A stretch of 64,000 nucleotides of DNA, taken from the NCBI GenBank assembly GCA_949529445.1, contig CATISA010000026.1:15548-79547 (forward strand), read 5' to 3'. This document shows positions 9,731 through 20,072 of this stretch, piece by piece. A model generated the notes under the pieces. The model did not search any database and was not told where the DNA came from. It saw only the letters and a list, made by a program, of their open reading frames with translations. The position numbers were made by a program, and so were the translations under genes. Every line of letters starts with the position of its first letter. The first letter of the stretch is position 1. The stretch comes from Alphaproteobacteria bacterium UBA4588 (GTDB taxonomy: Bacteria; Pseudomonadota; Alphaproteobacteria; Puniceispirillales; Puniceispirillaceae).

Positions 9731-10249
9731 ATGTCTATGACCCATAGAAATTCTTTTTCGTATGACGACCTCATTAGCTGTGCCAAGGGCGCAATGTTTG
9801 GACCCGGAAATCCGCAGCTTCCTTTGCCCCCTATGTTGATGACCGATAGAATTACCAGCATTACTGAAAAAGGTGGTGCTTCTGACAAAGGTTTTATTGA
9901 GGCAGAGCTCGATATTCACCCTGACCTCTGGTTTTTCCCCTGCCATTTTGAAGGTGACCCTGTTATGCCGGGCTGCCTTGGTATGGATGGTCTGTGGCAG
10001 CTCGTTGGGTTTTACCTTGGCTGGCTGGGCGGCAAAGGGCGTGGGCGGGCCTTATCTGTCGGTGAAGTCAAATTCACTGGACAAATTCTGCCAACGGCAA
10101 AGCTGGTAACCTTTCAGCTAGATCTGAAACGAGTTATCATGCGTCGGCTTGTTATGGGTATCGCTGATGGCCGTGTTCTGTGTGATGGTGAGACTGTGTT
10201 TGAAGCGACCGATATTCGTGTTGGCTTGTTTGGTGCTGAAGGAGAATAA
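9731..10249 (+). CDS. fabA: 3-hydroxydecanoyl-ACP dehydratase / trans-2-decenoyl-ACP isomerase
   Basis: Motifs [14 protein letters not shown] and active-site [25 protein letters not shown] prefer ATG 9731, which is preceded by AGGAAA. The ORF track starts at 9698. Confidence 0.92.
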   Translation: MSMTHRNSFSYDDLISCAKGAMFGPGNPQLPLPPMLMTDRITSITEKGGASDKGFIEAELDIHPDLWFFPCHFEGDPVMPGCLGMDGLWQLVGFYLGWLGGKGRGRALSVGEVKFTGQILPTAKLVTFQLDLKRVIMRRLVMGIADGRVLCDGETVFEATDIRVGLFGAEGE

Positions 10250-10252
10250 ATT

Positions 10253-11485
10253 ATGAGACGTGTTGTTGTTACCGGTATTGGTATTGTTTCATCTATTGGC
10301 ACTGATGCAGATGCCGTAACGCAATCTTTGCGCAATGGCACGTCAGGCATTATCGCAGCACCTGATTATGCAGAACTTGGTTTCCGCTCTCAGGTCAAAG
10401 GTGCTGTTGATATTGATCTGTCAGAACATATCGATAGAAAACAGATGCGCTTTATGGGCGAAGGAGCCGGCTATGCTGTTGTTGCGATGCAGCAAGCGGT
10501 GGCTGATTCAGGGCTAAGCGAAGCAGAGGTATCACACCCACGTACCGGCCTTATTGCTGGCAGTGGTGGCCCATCAACCGCAAACCTTCTAGCGGCGGCA
10601 GATATTACACGCGAAAAAGGACCAAAACGGGTTGGTCCTTATATGGTGCCACGCTGTATGTCTTCGACTGTGTCAGCCTGTATTGCTACTTTTTTTAAAA
10701 TTAAAGGTGTTAACTACTCAATTTCATCTGCCTGCTCTACTTCAGCACATTGCATAACAGCCGGCGCTGACGCGATTCGCTATGGCATTCAGGATGTTGT
10801 TTTTGCTGGCGGCGGTGAAGAGCTCCACTGGACGTTATCAGTTCTGTTTGATGCTATGGGCGCCATGTCATCACGTTATAATGATACGCCGGAAAAGGCC
10901 TCGCGCGCCTATGATGCAAACCGTGATGGTTTTGTAATCGCAGGCGGCGGCGGTATGGTTGTTCTAGAAGATTATGACCGTGCAAAAGCACGCGGGGCAA
11001 AAATCTATGCTGAAATCGTTGGCTATGGCGCCAACTCTGATGGCCATGATATGGTCGCGCCATCAGGTGAAGGCGCACAACGCTGCATGGAGTTAGCGCT
11101 TGCCGGGCTTGATGGAAATGGACTGACACAGCCCGTTGATTATATCAATGCCCATGGGACATCAACGCCGGTAGGTGATGTGAAAGAGCTGGAAGCTGTT
11201 CGCGCCGTTTTTGGTGCTCGTGGATATCTTCCTGTTGTTACATCAACTAAGTCACTTACCGGACACTCTCTTGGTGCAACCGGCGTTCAGGAAGCTATTT
11301 ACACAATGCTGATGATGCAGAATAACTTTATCGGTGCTTCAATCAATATTGATGAGCCCGATGAAGCTATCGGCGATATTCCAATCCCATCGGCATGTAT
11401 GGAAAATAAGCAAATCTCGCTCGCCCTTTCTAACTCCTTTGGGTTTGGGGGCACTAACGCAACATTAGCTTTGGCACGCATCTAG
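10253..11485 (+). CDS. fabB: 3-oxoacyl-ACP synthase I
   Basis: N-terminus [16 protein letters not shown], active-site Cys in [12 protein letters not shown], plus NAHGTSTP and GHSLGATG. Lies directly after fabA. Confidence 0.9.
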   Translation: MRRVVVTGIGIVSSIGTDADAVTQSLRNGTSGIIAAPDYAELGFRSQVKGAVDIDLSEHIDRKQMRFMGEGAGYAVVAMQQAVADSGLSEAEVSHPRTGLIAGSGGPSTANLLAAADITREKGPKRVGPYMVPRCMSSTVSACIATFFKIKGVNYSISSACSTSAHCITAGADAIRYGIQDVVFAGGGEELHWTLSVLFDAMGAMSSRYNDTPEKASRAYDANRDGFVIAGGGGMVVLEDYDRAKARGAKIYAEIVGYGANSDGHDMVAPSGEGAQRCMELALAGLDGNGLTQPVDYINAHGTSTPVGDVKELEAVRAVFGARGYLPVVTSTKSLTGHSLGATGVQEAIYTMLMMQNNFIGASINIDEPDEAIGDIPIPSACMENKQISLALSNSFGFGGTNATLALARI

Positions 11486-11513
11486 CGCACGCTTGAGTAA
11501 GGAGGCGCAGGTT

Positions 11514-12299
11514 ATGGGAATACTCAGTGGCAAACGCGGTCTTATTATGGGTGTGGCAAATGAGCGTTCCGCAGCATGGGGTATTGCGGCAGCGGCAGCC
11601 AAACATGGCGCCGAGCTTGCTTTTACTTATCAGATAGAAGGGTTTCGCAAACGCCTTGAGCCACTGGCTGCCTCTATTGGCTCATCCCTTTTAATCGAAT
11701 GTGATGTCGCACAGGACGGAGCCATTGCTAGCAGCTTTGCTGAACTAGGCAAAAGTTGGGATAGCCTTGATTTTGTTGTCCATGCAATTGGCTTTTCAGA
11801 CAAATCAGAGCTAAAAGGCGCTTATTACAATACCAGCCGGCAGAATTTTGCTGATACGATGCTTGTCTCTGCCTTTTCCTTTACAGAAGTTGCAGCAGCA
11901 GCACGCAAGATGATGCCGAACGGTGGATCACTTCTGACCATGTCATATCTTGGCGGCGTGCGCACATCACCTAACTATAATGTGATGGGTGTTGCCAAAG
12001 CTGCTTTGGAGGCGTCAACACGATATTTGGCAGTTGATCTCGGCGGCCAGAACATCAGAGTGAACACGCTTTCAGCAGGGCCCATGCGGACATTGGCCGG
12101 TTCGGCTATCACAGGCGCTCGGCATATCTTCAGATATTCTGAAAAACACGCCCCGCTGGGCCGGAATCCTGATATTGAGGAGGTAGGCCGCGCTGGTGTT
12201 TATTTATTATCCAACCTTTCAAGTGGCGTTACTGGAGAGCTTCATTATGTGGATGGGGGCTATCATCATATTGGCGTACCAGGTGAAGATACCGAATAG
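11514..12299 (+). CDS. fabI: Enoyl-ACP reductase (NADH)
   Basis: Motifs GLIMGVANERSAAWGIA and the Y-x6-K in YNVMGVAKAALE. ATG 11514 is preceded by TAAGGAGG. The ORF-track TTG at 11493 contains that SD sequence. Confidence 0.9.
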   Translation: MGILSGKRGLIMGVANERSAAWGIAAAAAKHGAELAFTYQIEGFRKRLEPLAASIGSSLLIECDVAQDGAIASSFAELGKSWDSLDFVVHAIGFSDKSELKGAYYNTSRQNFADTMLVSAFSFTEVAAAARKMMPNGGSLLTMSYLGGVRTSPNYNVMGVAKAALEASTRYLAVDLGGQNIRVNTLSAGPMRTLAGSAITGARHIFRYSEKHAPLGRNPDIEEVGRAGVYLLSNLSSGVTGELHYVDGGYHHIGVPGEDTE

Positions 12300-12332
12300 G
12301 ATTTCTTTATCTTCCCAGCAGAATTTATGACC

Positions 12333-12364
12333 AAAAAAGGGCTACCAAATGGCAGCCCTTTTTG
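12333..12364. terminator. Bidirectional Rho-independent terminator between convergent fabI and pnp
   Basis: AAAAAA-GGGCTACC-AAAT-GGCAGCCC-TTTTT: an 8-bp stem flanked by an A-run and a T-run, so it is functional on both strands. Confidence 0.7.
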
Positions 12365-12389
12365 GCTCATATAACGTCGTAGCAAAACC

Positions 12390-14507
12390 CTACTCTTCGG
12401 TCTGATTCGCTGTATCAATGTCAGCGCCAGTTTCCTGATCAACACGCTTCATTGAAAGCTTCACCTTGCCCCGGTTATCAAAGCCGATAACTTTAACTTT
12501 GACTATGTCACCTTCGCTGACAACATCTGTTGTCTGAGCAACGCGCTCATTTTTTAGCTCAGAGATATGGACAAGTCCGTCACGCGCACCCAAGAAATTG
12601 ACGAACGCACCGAAATCAACAGTTTTAACGACCTTACCATCATAGATTTCGTTAAGTTCTGGTTCAGCAACAATATCACGGATACGCGCAAGAGCGGCAT
12701 CTGATGACGTCTGACTAACAGCTGCAACAGATACTGTGCCGTCATCTTCGATATCAATTTTCGCGCCTGTTTCTTCTACAATCTCTCTGATTATCTTGCC
12801 ACCCGGTCCAATGATGTCACGGATCTTATCAACCGGAATTTTGATGGTTGTAATTTTCGGCGCAGAATCGGCCAATGCATCACGCGCTGATGTAAGAGCC
12901 TTGGCCATTTCATCAAGGATATGTAGCCGGCCATCACGTGCCTGATCCAGCGCAATTTGCATGATTTCAGGTGTGATAGACGTGATTTTAATATCCATCT
13001 GGAGCGAGGTAATGCCCGTTTCTGTCCCAGCAACTTTAAAATCCATATCGCCCAGATGATCTTCATCGCCCAGAATATCGGATAGGACAGCAAACTTATC
13101 GCCTTCTTTAATCAGTCCCATTGCAATACCTGCAACAGGGCGAGCAAGTGGCACGCCAGCATCCATCATAGCAAGCGATGTGCCGCAGACAGTAGCCATT
13201 GATGATGAACCGTTTGATTCAGTAACTTCTGATACAATACGGATTGTATATGGGAATTCATCCTTTGACGGCAGAAGCGGGTTAATCGCGCGCCATGCCA
13301 GCTTTCCATGACCAATTTCACGGCGACCAGGAGAGCCTACCCGGCCAGCTTCACCAACTGAGTAAGGCGGGAAGTTATAATGAAGCATGAAGCGTGAGCG
13401 AGATTCGCCTGCAAGCGCATCAATAATTTGCTCATCCTGACCTGTCCCCAAAGTCGAGACAACAAGCGCTTGTGTTTCACCACGTGTGAACAAAGCCGAT
13501 CCGTGGGTACGGGGAAGCATGCCAACTTCGGCAACAATAGGACGCACTGTCTTTGTATCACGGCCATCGATACGAATACCTGTTTTCAGAATATCAGAAC
13601 GAACAATATCTGATTCCATTTCTTTTATCAGAGAGCCGACCATAACAGCGTCGGCGCCATCACCGGCAAGCGCTGAGGCTTCAGAACGAACAACAGCGAC
13701 CGCTTCCTGACGTTCAGATTTGTCCGCATGACCATAAGCTTCTGACATTTTATCACGCAGTGCAGACAGTGTTTCACGCATTGGAGCAGCTTCAGGCGCT
13801 TCCTGCGGAAGGTCGCGCGGTTCTTTTGCCGCTGATTCTGCCAAATCAATAATGGCATCAATCGCGACCTGCATCTGCTGGTGACCAAAATTCACCGCAC
13901 CTAGCATATCAGCTTCTGAAAGTTCAGATGCTTCTGATTCAACCATCAGCACGCCTTCTTTGGTGCCCGCAACAATCAAATCAAGATTTGATACTTCTGA
14001 CTGGGACAAGGTTGGGTTCAGAACATAGGCACCATCAATCATGGCAACACGCGCTGCCGCGATGGGGCCAAAGAAAGGGACACCTGATAATGTCAGAGCA
14101 GCAGAGGCGCCGACCATGGCAACGATGTCCGGGTTATTTTCCATGTCATGTGACAGTACGGTACAGATGACCTGTGTTTCACACTTAAATTCTTTTGGGA
14201 AAAGCGGGCGGATAGGTCTGTCAATCAAGCGACAAACAAGTGTCTCATTTTCAGACGGACGTCCTTCACGCTTGAAAAATCCACCTGGAATTTTTCCGGC
14301 AGCGTATGTTTTTTCCTGATAATTCACCGTAAGCGGGAAAAAATCCTGCCCGGGTTTTGCTGATTTAGCGGCAACTGCTGTACAAAGCACACTTGTTTCG
14401 CCCATAGTGGCGAGAACCGCACCATCAGCCTGACGGGCGATTTTGCCTGTTTCCAGAACAAGGGTTTTCCCACCCCAGTCAATTTCTTTGCGATAAACGT
14501 GAAACAT
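12390..14507 (-). CDS. pnp: Polyribonucleotide nucleotidyltransferase (PNPase)
   Basis: N-terminus [31 protein letters not shown], two RNase PH domains, [10 protein letters not shown], and KH and S1 (FGAFVNF) domains. ATG 14507 is preceded by AGGAAAGAG. The ORF-track start at 14549 adds 14 unlikely residues. Confidence 0.95.
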   Translation of the reverse strand: MFHVYRKEIDWGGKTLVLETGKIARQADGAVLATMGETSVLCTAVAAKSAKPGQDFFPLTVNYQEKTYAAGKIPGGFFKREGRPSENETLVCRLIDRPIRPLFPKEFKCETQVICTVLSHDMENNPDIVAMVGASAALTLSGVPFFGPIAAARVAMIDGAYVLNPTLSQSEVSNLDLIVAGTKEGVLMVESEASELSEADMLGAVNFGHQQMQVAIDAIIDLAESAAKEPRDLPQEAPEAAPMRETLSALRDKMSEAYGHADKSERQEAVAVVRSEASALAGDGADAVMVGSLIKEMESDIVRSDILKTGIRIDGRDTKTVRPIVAEVGMLPRTHGSALFTRGETQALVVSTLGTGQDEQIIDALAGESRSRFMLHYNFPPYSVGEAGRVGSPGRREIGHGKLAWRAINPLLPSKDEFPYTIRIVSEVTESNGSSSMATVCGTSLAMMDAGVPLARPVAGIAMGLIKEGDKFAVLSDILGDEDHLGDMDFKVAGTETGITSLQMDIKITSITPEIMQIALDQARDGRLHILDEMAKALTSARDALADSAPKITTIKIPVDKIRDIIGPGGKIIREIVEETGAKIDIEDDGTVSVAAVSQTSSDAALARIRDIVAEPELNEIYDGKVVKTVDFGAFVNFLGARDGLVHISELKNERVAQTTDVVSEGDIVKVKVIGFDNRGKVKLSMKRVDQETGADIDTANQTEE

Positions 14508-14799
14508 ATTTTGTCTCTTTCCTAAAGGTCGATGATGGCTTTGCGCCATCCGTCATTACAATTTCTCCGAATTGAGTCATTGTTTATTCATGCCACCTCC
14601 GTCTCATAAAACCGGAAAGTGAGCACTGTAATTTCATTTTTTAAGGGGACGTTACATGGGTATGACACTCAGTCCGGTCACCTGCCAGACTGTCTGGCGT
14701 CCGCTTCTTCTTCTGAATGCGGTGATAATGCTCTTCTATTCTCTATTTCCTCGTCGCAGTAATGGCAGAAAATCCGCTTAAAAGCAACCTAAAGTCCAT

Positions 14800-14836
14800 A
14801 AAAAACCGCCCACACGCATCTCTGCTTTGGGGCGGT
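14800..14836 (-). terminator. rpsO terminator/attenuator upstream of the pnp leader
   Basis: Minus strand reads ACCGCCC...(GCA-GAGA-TGC)...GGGCGGT followed by TTTTTT, about 25 nt after the rpsO stop. Confidence 0.55.
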
Positions 14837-14858
14837 GTATCTTATCAATCAAACGAAA

Positions 14859-15128
14859 TTAGCGGCGGAGACCTAGCTTAGCAATCAGGTCCTTATAAGC
14901 AGCCTCATTCCGCTTGCGGATGTAATCAAGGTGGTGACGACGCTGACCAACCATTTTTAGAAGGCCACGGCGTGACGCGAAGTCTTTTTTATGTGTTTTC
15001 ATGTGGTCAGTCAGGTACAGAATACGGTCGGTTAGAATTGCGACCTGTACAGCTGACGATCCTGAATCTGCACCGTCTTTGCCAAATTCAGCCACAAGTT
15101 CTGCCTTGCGCTCTTTTGAAATCGACAT
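14859..15128 (-). CDS. rpsO: 30S ribosomal protein S15
   Basis: N-terminus [60 protein letters not shown] 15128 is preceded by AGGAGA. Confidence 0.95.
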   Translation of the reverse strand: MSISKERKAELVAEFGKDGADSGSSAVQVAILTDRILYLTDHMKTHKKDFASRRGLLKMVGQRRHHLDYIRKRNEAAYKDLIAKLGLRR

Positions 15129-15182
15129 CACATTCTCCTATCTCTTTAGCGAACAAACTTATCATCCGACAAGTTGTTCAGG

Positions 15183-16148
15183 TTACAGGTTGAGCACCCG
15201 TATCGGCGAAATCTGCATACCGTCTAGCGTTACAAGAGCAACAGGTTGATTGTCGAAAACAGCAATAAATGCCTCTCTATCATCTTGTTGCCGCAAAAAA
15301 GCTATCGGGCTCGCCTGAGTATCTGTGAGTAACACAGTCTGCCCAAACCGCAGTTTTCGTGCCTGCACCTCGTTAAGGGCCACTGCCGGGATGTCGTCCA
15401 GCACGGTCAATATCGAAGTGATATACGAATGCGCGGACGGACCATGCCCTACTTTCTCTAATAAATCCAGAGAAATTGCACTAGATACATTAAATTTGCC
15501 AACTGACAGGCGTCGGAGAGCTGTAACATGCGCAGCTGTGCCAAGAGCACGCCCAAGGTCACGGGCAAGAGACCTAATATAGGCGCCCTTGCCACACACG
15601 ACATGAAACCGCGCTGATTCAGCGTCACAAGATAGCAACTGAAACGAATCAATCTGAATGTCACGCGCGCTAAGCGCCAGCTTGACCGAACCCTCTTGAT
15701 TGTTTTTATCGGCCGTTCGGGCAACAGCATAAGCGCGCCGTCCTGCAACTTTCACAGCAGAATAATCGGGTGGTATTTGCTGGATAAGGCCTGTAAATGC
15801 CGGAAGAGCAGCCAGAATATCAGCTTCTGAAGGGCGAAAATCACTGCTCCGTGTAATGTCGCCTTCTGTATCATCTGTCTGCGTTTCTGCTCCCCAGACA
15901 AGGCTGAATTCATAAGATTTCTGGGCCGTCATAACATAGGAGATTGTTTTTGTTGCTTCCCCAAGAGCGATAGGCAACACACCGCTGGCAAGAGGATCAA
16001 GCGTACCAGCATGACCAGTTTTTATCCCCTTAAAAGCTTTTCGGACAAACGCAACTGCCTTTGCAGAAGAGATGCCAACCGGCTTATCAAGAACTATCCA
16101 TCCATTGCAGTTGGTTGCAGGCAGGTTATTAGGAGGAGAGTTTGTCAT
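15183..16148 (-). CDS. truB: tRNA pseudouridine-55 synthase
   Basis: Motifs GWIVLDKPVGISS and catalytic-Asp GHAGTLDPLASGVLPIALGEATK. I prefer ATG 16148 (MTNSPP...), which overlaps the rbfA 3' end by 20 nt. The ORF-track start at 16205 is further inside rbfA. Confidence 0.9.
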   Translation of the reverse strand: MTNSPPNNLPATNCNGWIVLDKPVGISSAKAVAFVRKAFKGIKTGHAGTLDPLASGVLPIALGEATKTISYVMTAQKSYEFSLVWGAETQTDDTEGDITRSSDFRPSEADILAALPAFTGLIQQIPPDYSAVKVAGRRAYAVARTADKNNQEGSVKLALSARDIQIDSFQLLSCDAESARFHVVCGKGAYIRSLARDLGRALGTAAHVTALRRLSVGKFNVSSAISLDLLEKVGHGPSAHSYITSILTVLDDIPAVALNEVQARKLRFGQTVLLTDTQASPIAFLRQQDDREAFIAVFDNQPVALVTLDGMQISPIRVLNL

Positions 16149-16578
16149 ACGCAGTATCATCAACTGAATCTGCCTCAGCAACATCCTCAGCGTAACTCGC
16201 GTCATGCTCGCTTATTGACGCAAAGGCGCGTGAAATCTTATCTGCATTATCATAGGATGTGTCAGCAAAGAATTTAAGTCGCGGCAGGCGCCGGAGATGG
16301 ACCTTTCCAGCAATCAGATGGCCTAACTTTGGAGCTGCCACATTCAATGTAGGCAACACAATATCAAGGCTATCACCGCCAAGCGTCATGACATAGACTG
16401 ACGCGTTGCTCAGGTCAGGGCTGACTGAGACTTCCGATACGGTAATGGGAATAGTATCAAGCCCCTCAATATGCGTTTCCTGACGCATCAATAGGGCAGC
16501 GAGATGATGCCGTAGCTCTTCTCCCACCCGCAGCTGACGCTGGCTTGGTCCTGTTCCAGATCTATGTTTGCGTGTCAT
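16129..16578 (-). CDS. rbfA: Ribosome-binding factor A (with acidic C-terminal tail)
   Basis: SQRQLRVGEELRHHLAALL...VTVSEVSVSPDLSNASVYV is typical RbfA. I prefer the start at MTRKHRSG (16578). Confidence 0.85.
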   Translation of the reverse strand: MTRKHRSGTGPSQRQLRVGEELRHHLAALLMRQETHIEGLDTIPITVSEVSVSPDLSNASVYVMTLGGDSLDIVLPTLNVAAPKLGHLIAGKVHLRRLPRLKFFADTSYDNADKISRAFASISEHDASYAEDVAEADSVDDTAYDKLSS

Positions 16579-16623
16579 AATCGCCTGTCTTTGACACAAA
16601 TGTGCTGTTAGATTTATTTATGC

Positions 16624-19236
16624 TTAATCAAGCGTACGGGCCACTTCTGTTAGCTCGAAACATTCGATCATATCACCTTCTTGGATATCAGAATAATTTT
16701 CGAAGGCCATGCCGCATTCCATGCTCTCGCGCACTTCTTTTACTTCATCTTTGAAACGCCGCAGGGTTTTCAGGGATCCTTCATGAACAACAACATTGTC
16801 ACGCAGCAATCTAACCTTACAGCCACGCTTGATGATACCATCTGTGACCATACAGCCAGCAACCTTACCATATTTTGACATCGAGAAGACCTGTCTAATT
16901 TCGGCATATCCAATGAAGTTTTCCTGAGTATCTGGGCTAAGTAGTCCGCCCATTGCCGCTTTCACTTCGTCAATTACTTCATAAATAATTGAATGATACC
17001 GAATTTCGACACCGTCACGTTTTGCTAAATCACGCGCTTGAGGAATGGCCCGAACGTTAAAACCAATAACCATTGCTTGTGACGCTGCGGCCAACGAGAT
17101 ATCCGATTCGGATAATCCGCCCACACCGCCTGTCAGTATTTTCACTTTAACCTGGTCGGTGCCCAATTTTTCAAGAGCGACACGAATCGCTTCTAGAGAG
17201 CCATGCACATCTGTCTTGATCACGATTGGGAGCTCTGCTGCCTCACCTGCCGCAATGGCGGAAAGCATCTGCTCAACAGAACCACGGGCGCCAACCAGCG
17301 CTTCTTTGTCGCGAAGGCGGCGATGACGGTATTCGGCAATTTCACGCGCACGCGACTCACTTTCAACAACACTAAACGGGTCACCTGCCATAGGCGTACC
17401 GTTTAGGCCAAGCACCTCAACAGGCTGCCCTGGGGTTGCTGTTTTAAGCTGTGCACCTTTATCATTTAGCAGGGCACGGACACGCCCGAACTCAGCGCCA
17501 ACAACAAAAATATCGCCAACAGATAAAGTGCCGCGCTGCACAAGTACTGTTGCAACTGAACCACGGCCTCGTTCAACCTTTGCTTCAATCACAGTACCTT
17601 CAGCTGCACGGTCTGGGTTTGCTTTCAGCTCAAGCAGTTCAGCTTGCAACATCATTGCTTCTTCTAGCTTATCAAGGCCCTGTTTTGTGTGAGCTGATAC
17701 ATCGACACACAGCACGTCGCCACCAAAATCTTCGGTTACAATTTCATGCTGCAACAAATCATTACGAACGATTTGTGGCTGTGCATCTGGCTTATCACAT
17801 TTATTGACTGCGACAATGATAGGACAACCCGCTGCCTTAGCATGATTAATTGCTTCAATCGTTTGTGCCTTTACACTATCATCTGCTGCCACAACGAGCA
17901 CAACAATATCGGTTGTTGTTGCGCCGCGTAACCGCATTTCAGTGAAGGCTGCGTGACCTGGCGTATCAATAAAGGTAATAGTATTGTCATTGCCTGTTAC
18001 AATTTGATAAGCGCCAATATGCTGTGTGATACCGCCTGATTCGCCAGCTGCAACATCGGATTGGCGAACCGCATCAAGCAGGCTGGTTTTACCATGATCA
18101 ACATGGCCCATCACCGTTACGACAGGGGGGCGCGGTTTCATCATCTCTTCAGAATCAGGCTCGCCGCTCAGACCATCTTCAATATCTGAATCAGAGACGC
18201 GCTGTACTTTGTGACCAAATTCGATTGTTACTAGCTCAGCAGTTTCAGCGTCAATTGTCTGGGTAGCTGTCACCATAATCCCAAGCTTCATAAGCTCTTT
18301 AACAACATCAGCAGCACGTTCTGCCATCCGGTTAGCAAGTTCCTGAACCGTAACCGTATCGGGAATAATAACGTCACGCACCTGCTTTACCTGCGGCTGG
18401 TCTTCTTGCATGCGGGCTTTTTCACGTTGACGTCGCACAGAGGCAAGCGAACGCTGGCGTGAATTACCATCTCCAGAGAGCGCCTGAGAGATAGTCATCT
18501 TACTTGTCTGACGACGACCTCCATCCTCGCGCTTTGTCCCTTGCGTGCGGCGTGGTGCTTCAGCTTCTGAGGCACGGCGACGGTTGCGCGGCGCACCGGT
18601 ATCTTCGCGCGACGAAGGCGGCGCATCTTCATTGGTAAAGTTCTTTGGGCGCTGGGGTATGACAGCCGCCTGGCGGGCGGCATTTTCTGCAGTGAGCTTA
18701 TCCGTATGTACTTTACGCTGTGCAGATGCTTGCTTTTCAATTTCCTGGAGTTCAGCAAGTTCAGCGCGGCGACGCGCTTCACGCGAATCAAGCGGCGCTT
18801 CTTCTGCCGCTGGCGCTTCAGGCGTAGCCGTTTGTGCCTCACCCTCTATATCTGCTGCAGCTGCAACAGCATCATCTAGCTGATCATCATCAGCTTGCTC
18901 TGTAGCGCTATCGGATGATTTTGACAGACCTTCTTGAAGAACCTTAATCCGATTAGCCCGCTCAGCCGCTGTCAGACGGTCATCTGCCGGAGTAGGTTCT
19001 GCTGCTGCAACAGGCTGTTCTGCTGGAGGAGTAGCAGGTGCTGGCACTGGTTGAGCCCCACGAACAGGTGTGCCACCAACTCGTTTCCGGCGCACTTCTA
19101 CCTGCACTGTTTTGCCGCGCGAGCCCCCAACGACCGCTCCGCCCCGCAACGGGGGCTGCTCACCAGTACCACCAAGAGAGAGCTTGCCACTACCTGACAG
19201 GCTCAGTTTTTTTGGTTTTTTCTGTTCTTCGCTCAT
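16624..19236 (-). CDS. infB: Translation initiation factor IF-2
   Basis: G-domain motifs [21 protein letters not shown] and NKCD, after a long charged N-terminal region. ATG 19236 (MSEEQKK) is preceded by GGAAAGG. Confidence 0.95.
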   Translation of the reverse strand: MSEEQKKPKKLSLSGSGKLSLGGTGEQPPLRGGAVVGGSRGKTVQVEVRRKRVGGTPVRGAQPVPAPATPPAEQPVAAAEPTPADDRLTAAERANRIKVLQEGLSKSSDSATEQADDDQLDDAVAAAADIEGEAQTATPEAPAAEEAPLDSREARRRAELAELQEIEKQASAQRKVHTDKLTAENAARQAAVIPQRPKNFTNEDAPPSSREDTGAPRNRRRASEAEAPRRTQGTKREDGGRRQTSKMTISQALSGDGNSRQRSLASVRRQREKARMQEDQPQVKQVRDVIIPDTVTVQELANRMAERAADVVKELMKLGIMVTATQTIDAETAELVTIEFGHKVQRVSDSDIEDGLSGEPDSEEMMKPRPPVVTVMGHVDHGKTSLLDAVRQSDVAAGESGGITQHIGAYQIVTGNDNTITFIDTPGHAAFTEMRLRGATTTDIVVLVVAADDSVKAQTIEAINHAKAAGCPIIVAVNKCDKPDAQPQIVRNDLLQHEIVTEDFGGDVLCVDVSAHTKQGLDKLEEAMMLQAELLELKANPDRAAEGTVIEAKVERGRGSVATVLVQRGTLSVGDIFVVGAEFGRVRALLNDKGAQLKTATPGQPVEVLGLNGTPMAGDPFSVVESESRAREIAEYRHRRLRDKEALVGARGSVEQMLSAIAAGEAAELPIVIKTDVHGSLEAIRVALEKLGTDQVKVKILTGGVGGLSESDISLAAASQAMVIGFNVRAIPQARDLAKRDGVEIRYHSIIYEVIDEVKAAMGGLLSPDTQENFIGYAEIRQVFSMSKYGKVAGCMVTDGIIKRGCKVRLLRDNVVVHEGSLKTLRRFKDEVKEVRESMECGMAFENYSDIQEGDMIECFELTEVARTLD

Positions 19237-19391
19237 TCTCGACCTTTCCAAGGTGCTCACAATACCAGATATACCAGCCTATTGCTTTGGGGGCGTGATA
19301 AATCTTCTGCACGTCGCGCCTAGCGTAGGTAATACACCTGCTTAACCTAGTCTGACAAGCTAGGAGGCTTGTCTTCTTATTTTGGTGGAGC

Positions 19392-20045
19392 TTACTCCTG
19401 CTCCATTTTATCATGCTGGCCATGATAACCAGAAAATTGCCGCCACCGCGTAATCATATTACGAAGCTGGTCACACATTCTCCGATTTGCTGCCGATTTT
19501 ACCGGTATTATCCCGACATAAGCGACAGAACCGCGACCAGCAGCCTGACCTAATAGCTCTGCTGGTAGTCCGGTTTCAGTCCACTCTGGTTGCACAGCGC
19601 TGATAAGTTGCCGTGCTTCTCTGGTGCTGGCATCGTCAGCAATCAACAGCGCCTGCATAAGCCCTTCGTCGCGTATAGCCCCGCCGCCACATAGGGCCAG
19701 ACCCGCACGCCGAAACATTGAAAGATGCTGTAACAGTCGCCGCTCTATCTGTGTTGTGACGATTGCCACAAGCTGGGTAGGATCAGAAGAGGTTGCATCA
19801 ATATGGCGTTTAAAACGACCCTTCTGTGCTGCTTCTGAAATTACTGCAGGCAATGCTGTTACCCATGCCCCCCGGCCTGGCAGCTTTTCAGCCAGGTCAG
19901 CCACTGGCTGTCCGTCGGGCCCGGCAACAAATCTGATAAGGTCAGATTTATCTGCCGTACCGCCCGTTACAATGCACTTTCTCAACGAGATATTGTCAGC
20001 TGCGATGACTGCTTTGACGGGCTGTGAGGGGGAAGATGCTTGCAT
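19392..20045 (-). CDS. YlxR/DUF448-family RNA-binding protein with a C-terminal L7Ae-like region
   Basis: Motif RKCIVTGGTADKSDLIRFVAGPDGQPVADLAEKLPGRGAWV. It occupies the conserved position between nusA and infB. Confidence 0.7.
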   Translation of the reverse strand: MQASSPSQPVKAVIAADNISLRKCIVTGGTADKSDLIRFVAGPDGQPVADLAEKLPGRGAWVTALPAVISEAAQKGRFKRHIDATSSDPTQLVAIVTTQIERRLLQHLSMFRRAGLALCGGGAIRDEGLMQALLIADDASTREARQLISAVQPEWTETGLPAELLGQAAGRGSVAYVGIIPVKSAANRRMCDQLRNMITRWRQFSGYHGQHDKMEQE

Positions 20046-20072
20046 GGGTGATGCCTGTGATACCGAGTAACA

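Noticed and set aside
14508-14549. N-terminal extensions implied by longest-ORF calls for pnp, dnaK (53389..53430), rph (57090..57173), trmB (23179..23313), truB, dapB, miaB, fabA and fabI.
   Set aside because: In each case an internal ATG is preceded by a good SD sequence. The resulting N-terminus aligns with the conserved family N-terminus, for example [14 protein letters not shown] for DnaK. The extensions would overlap upstream genes or SD sequences.
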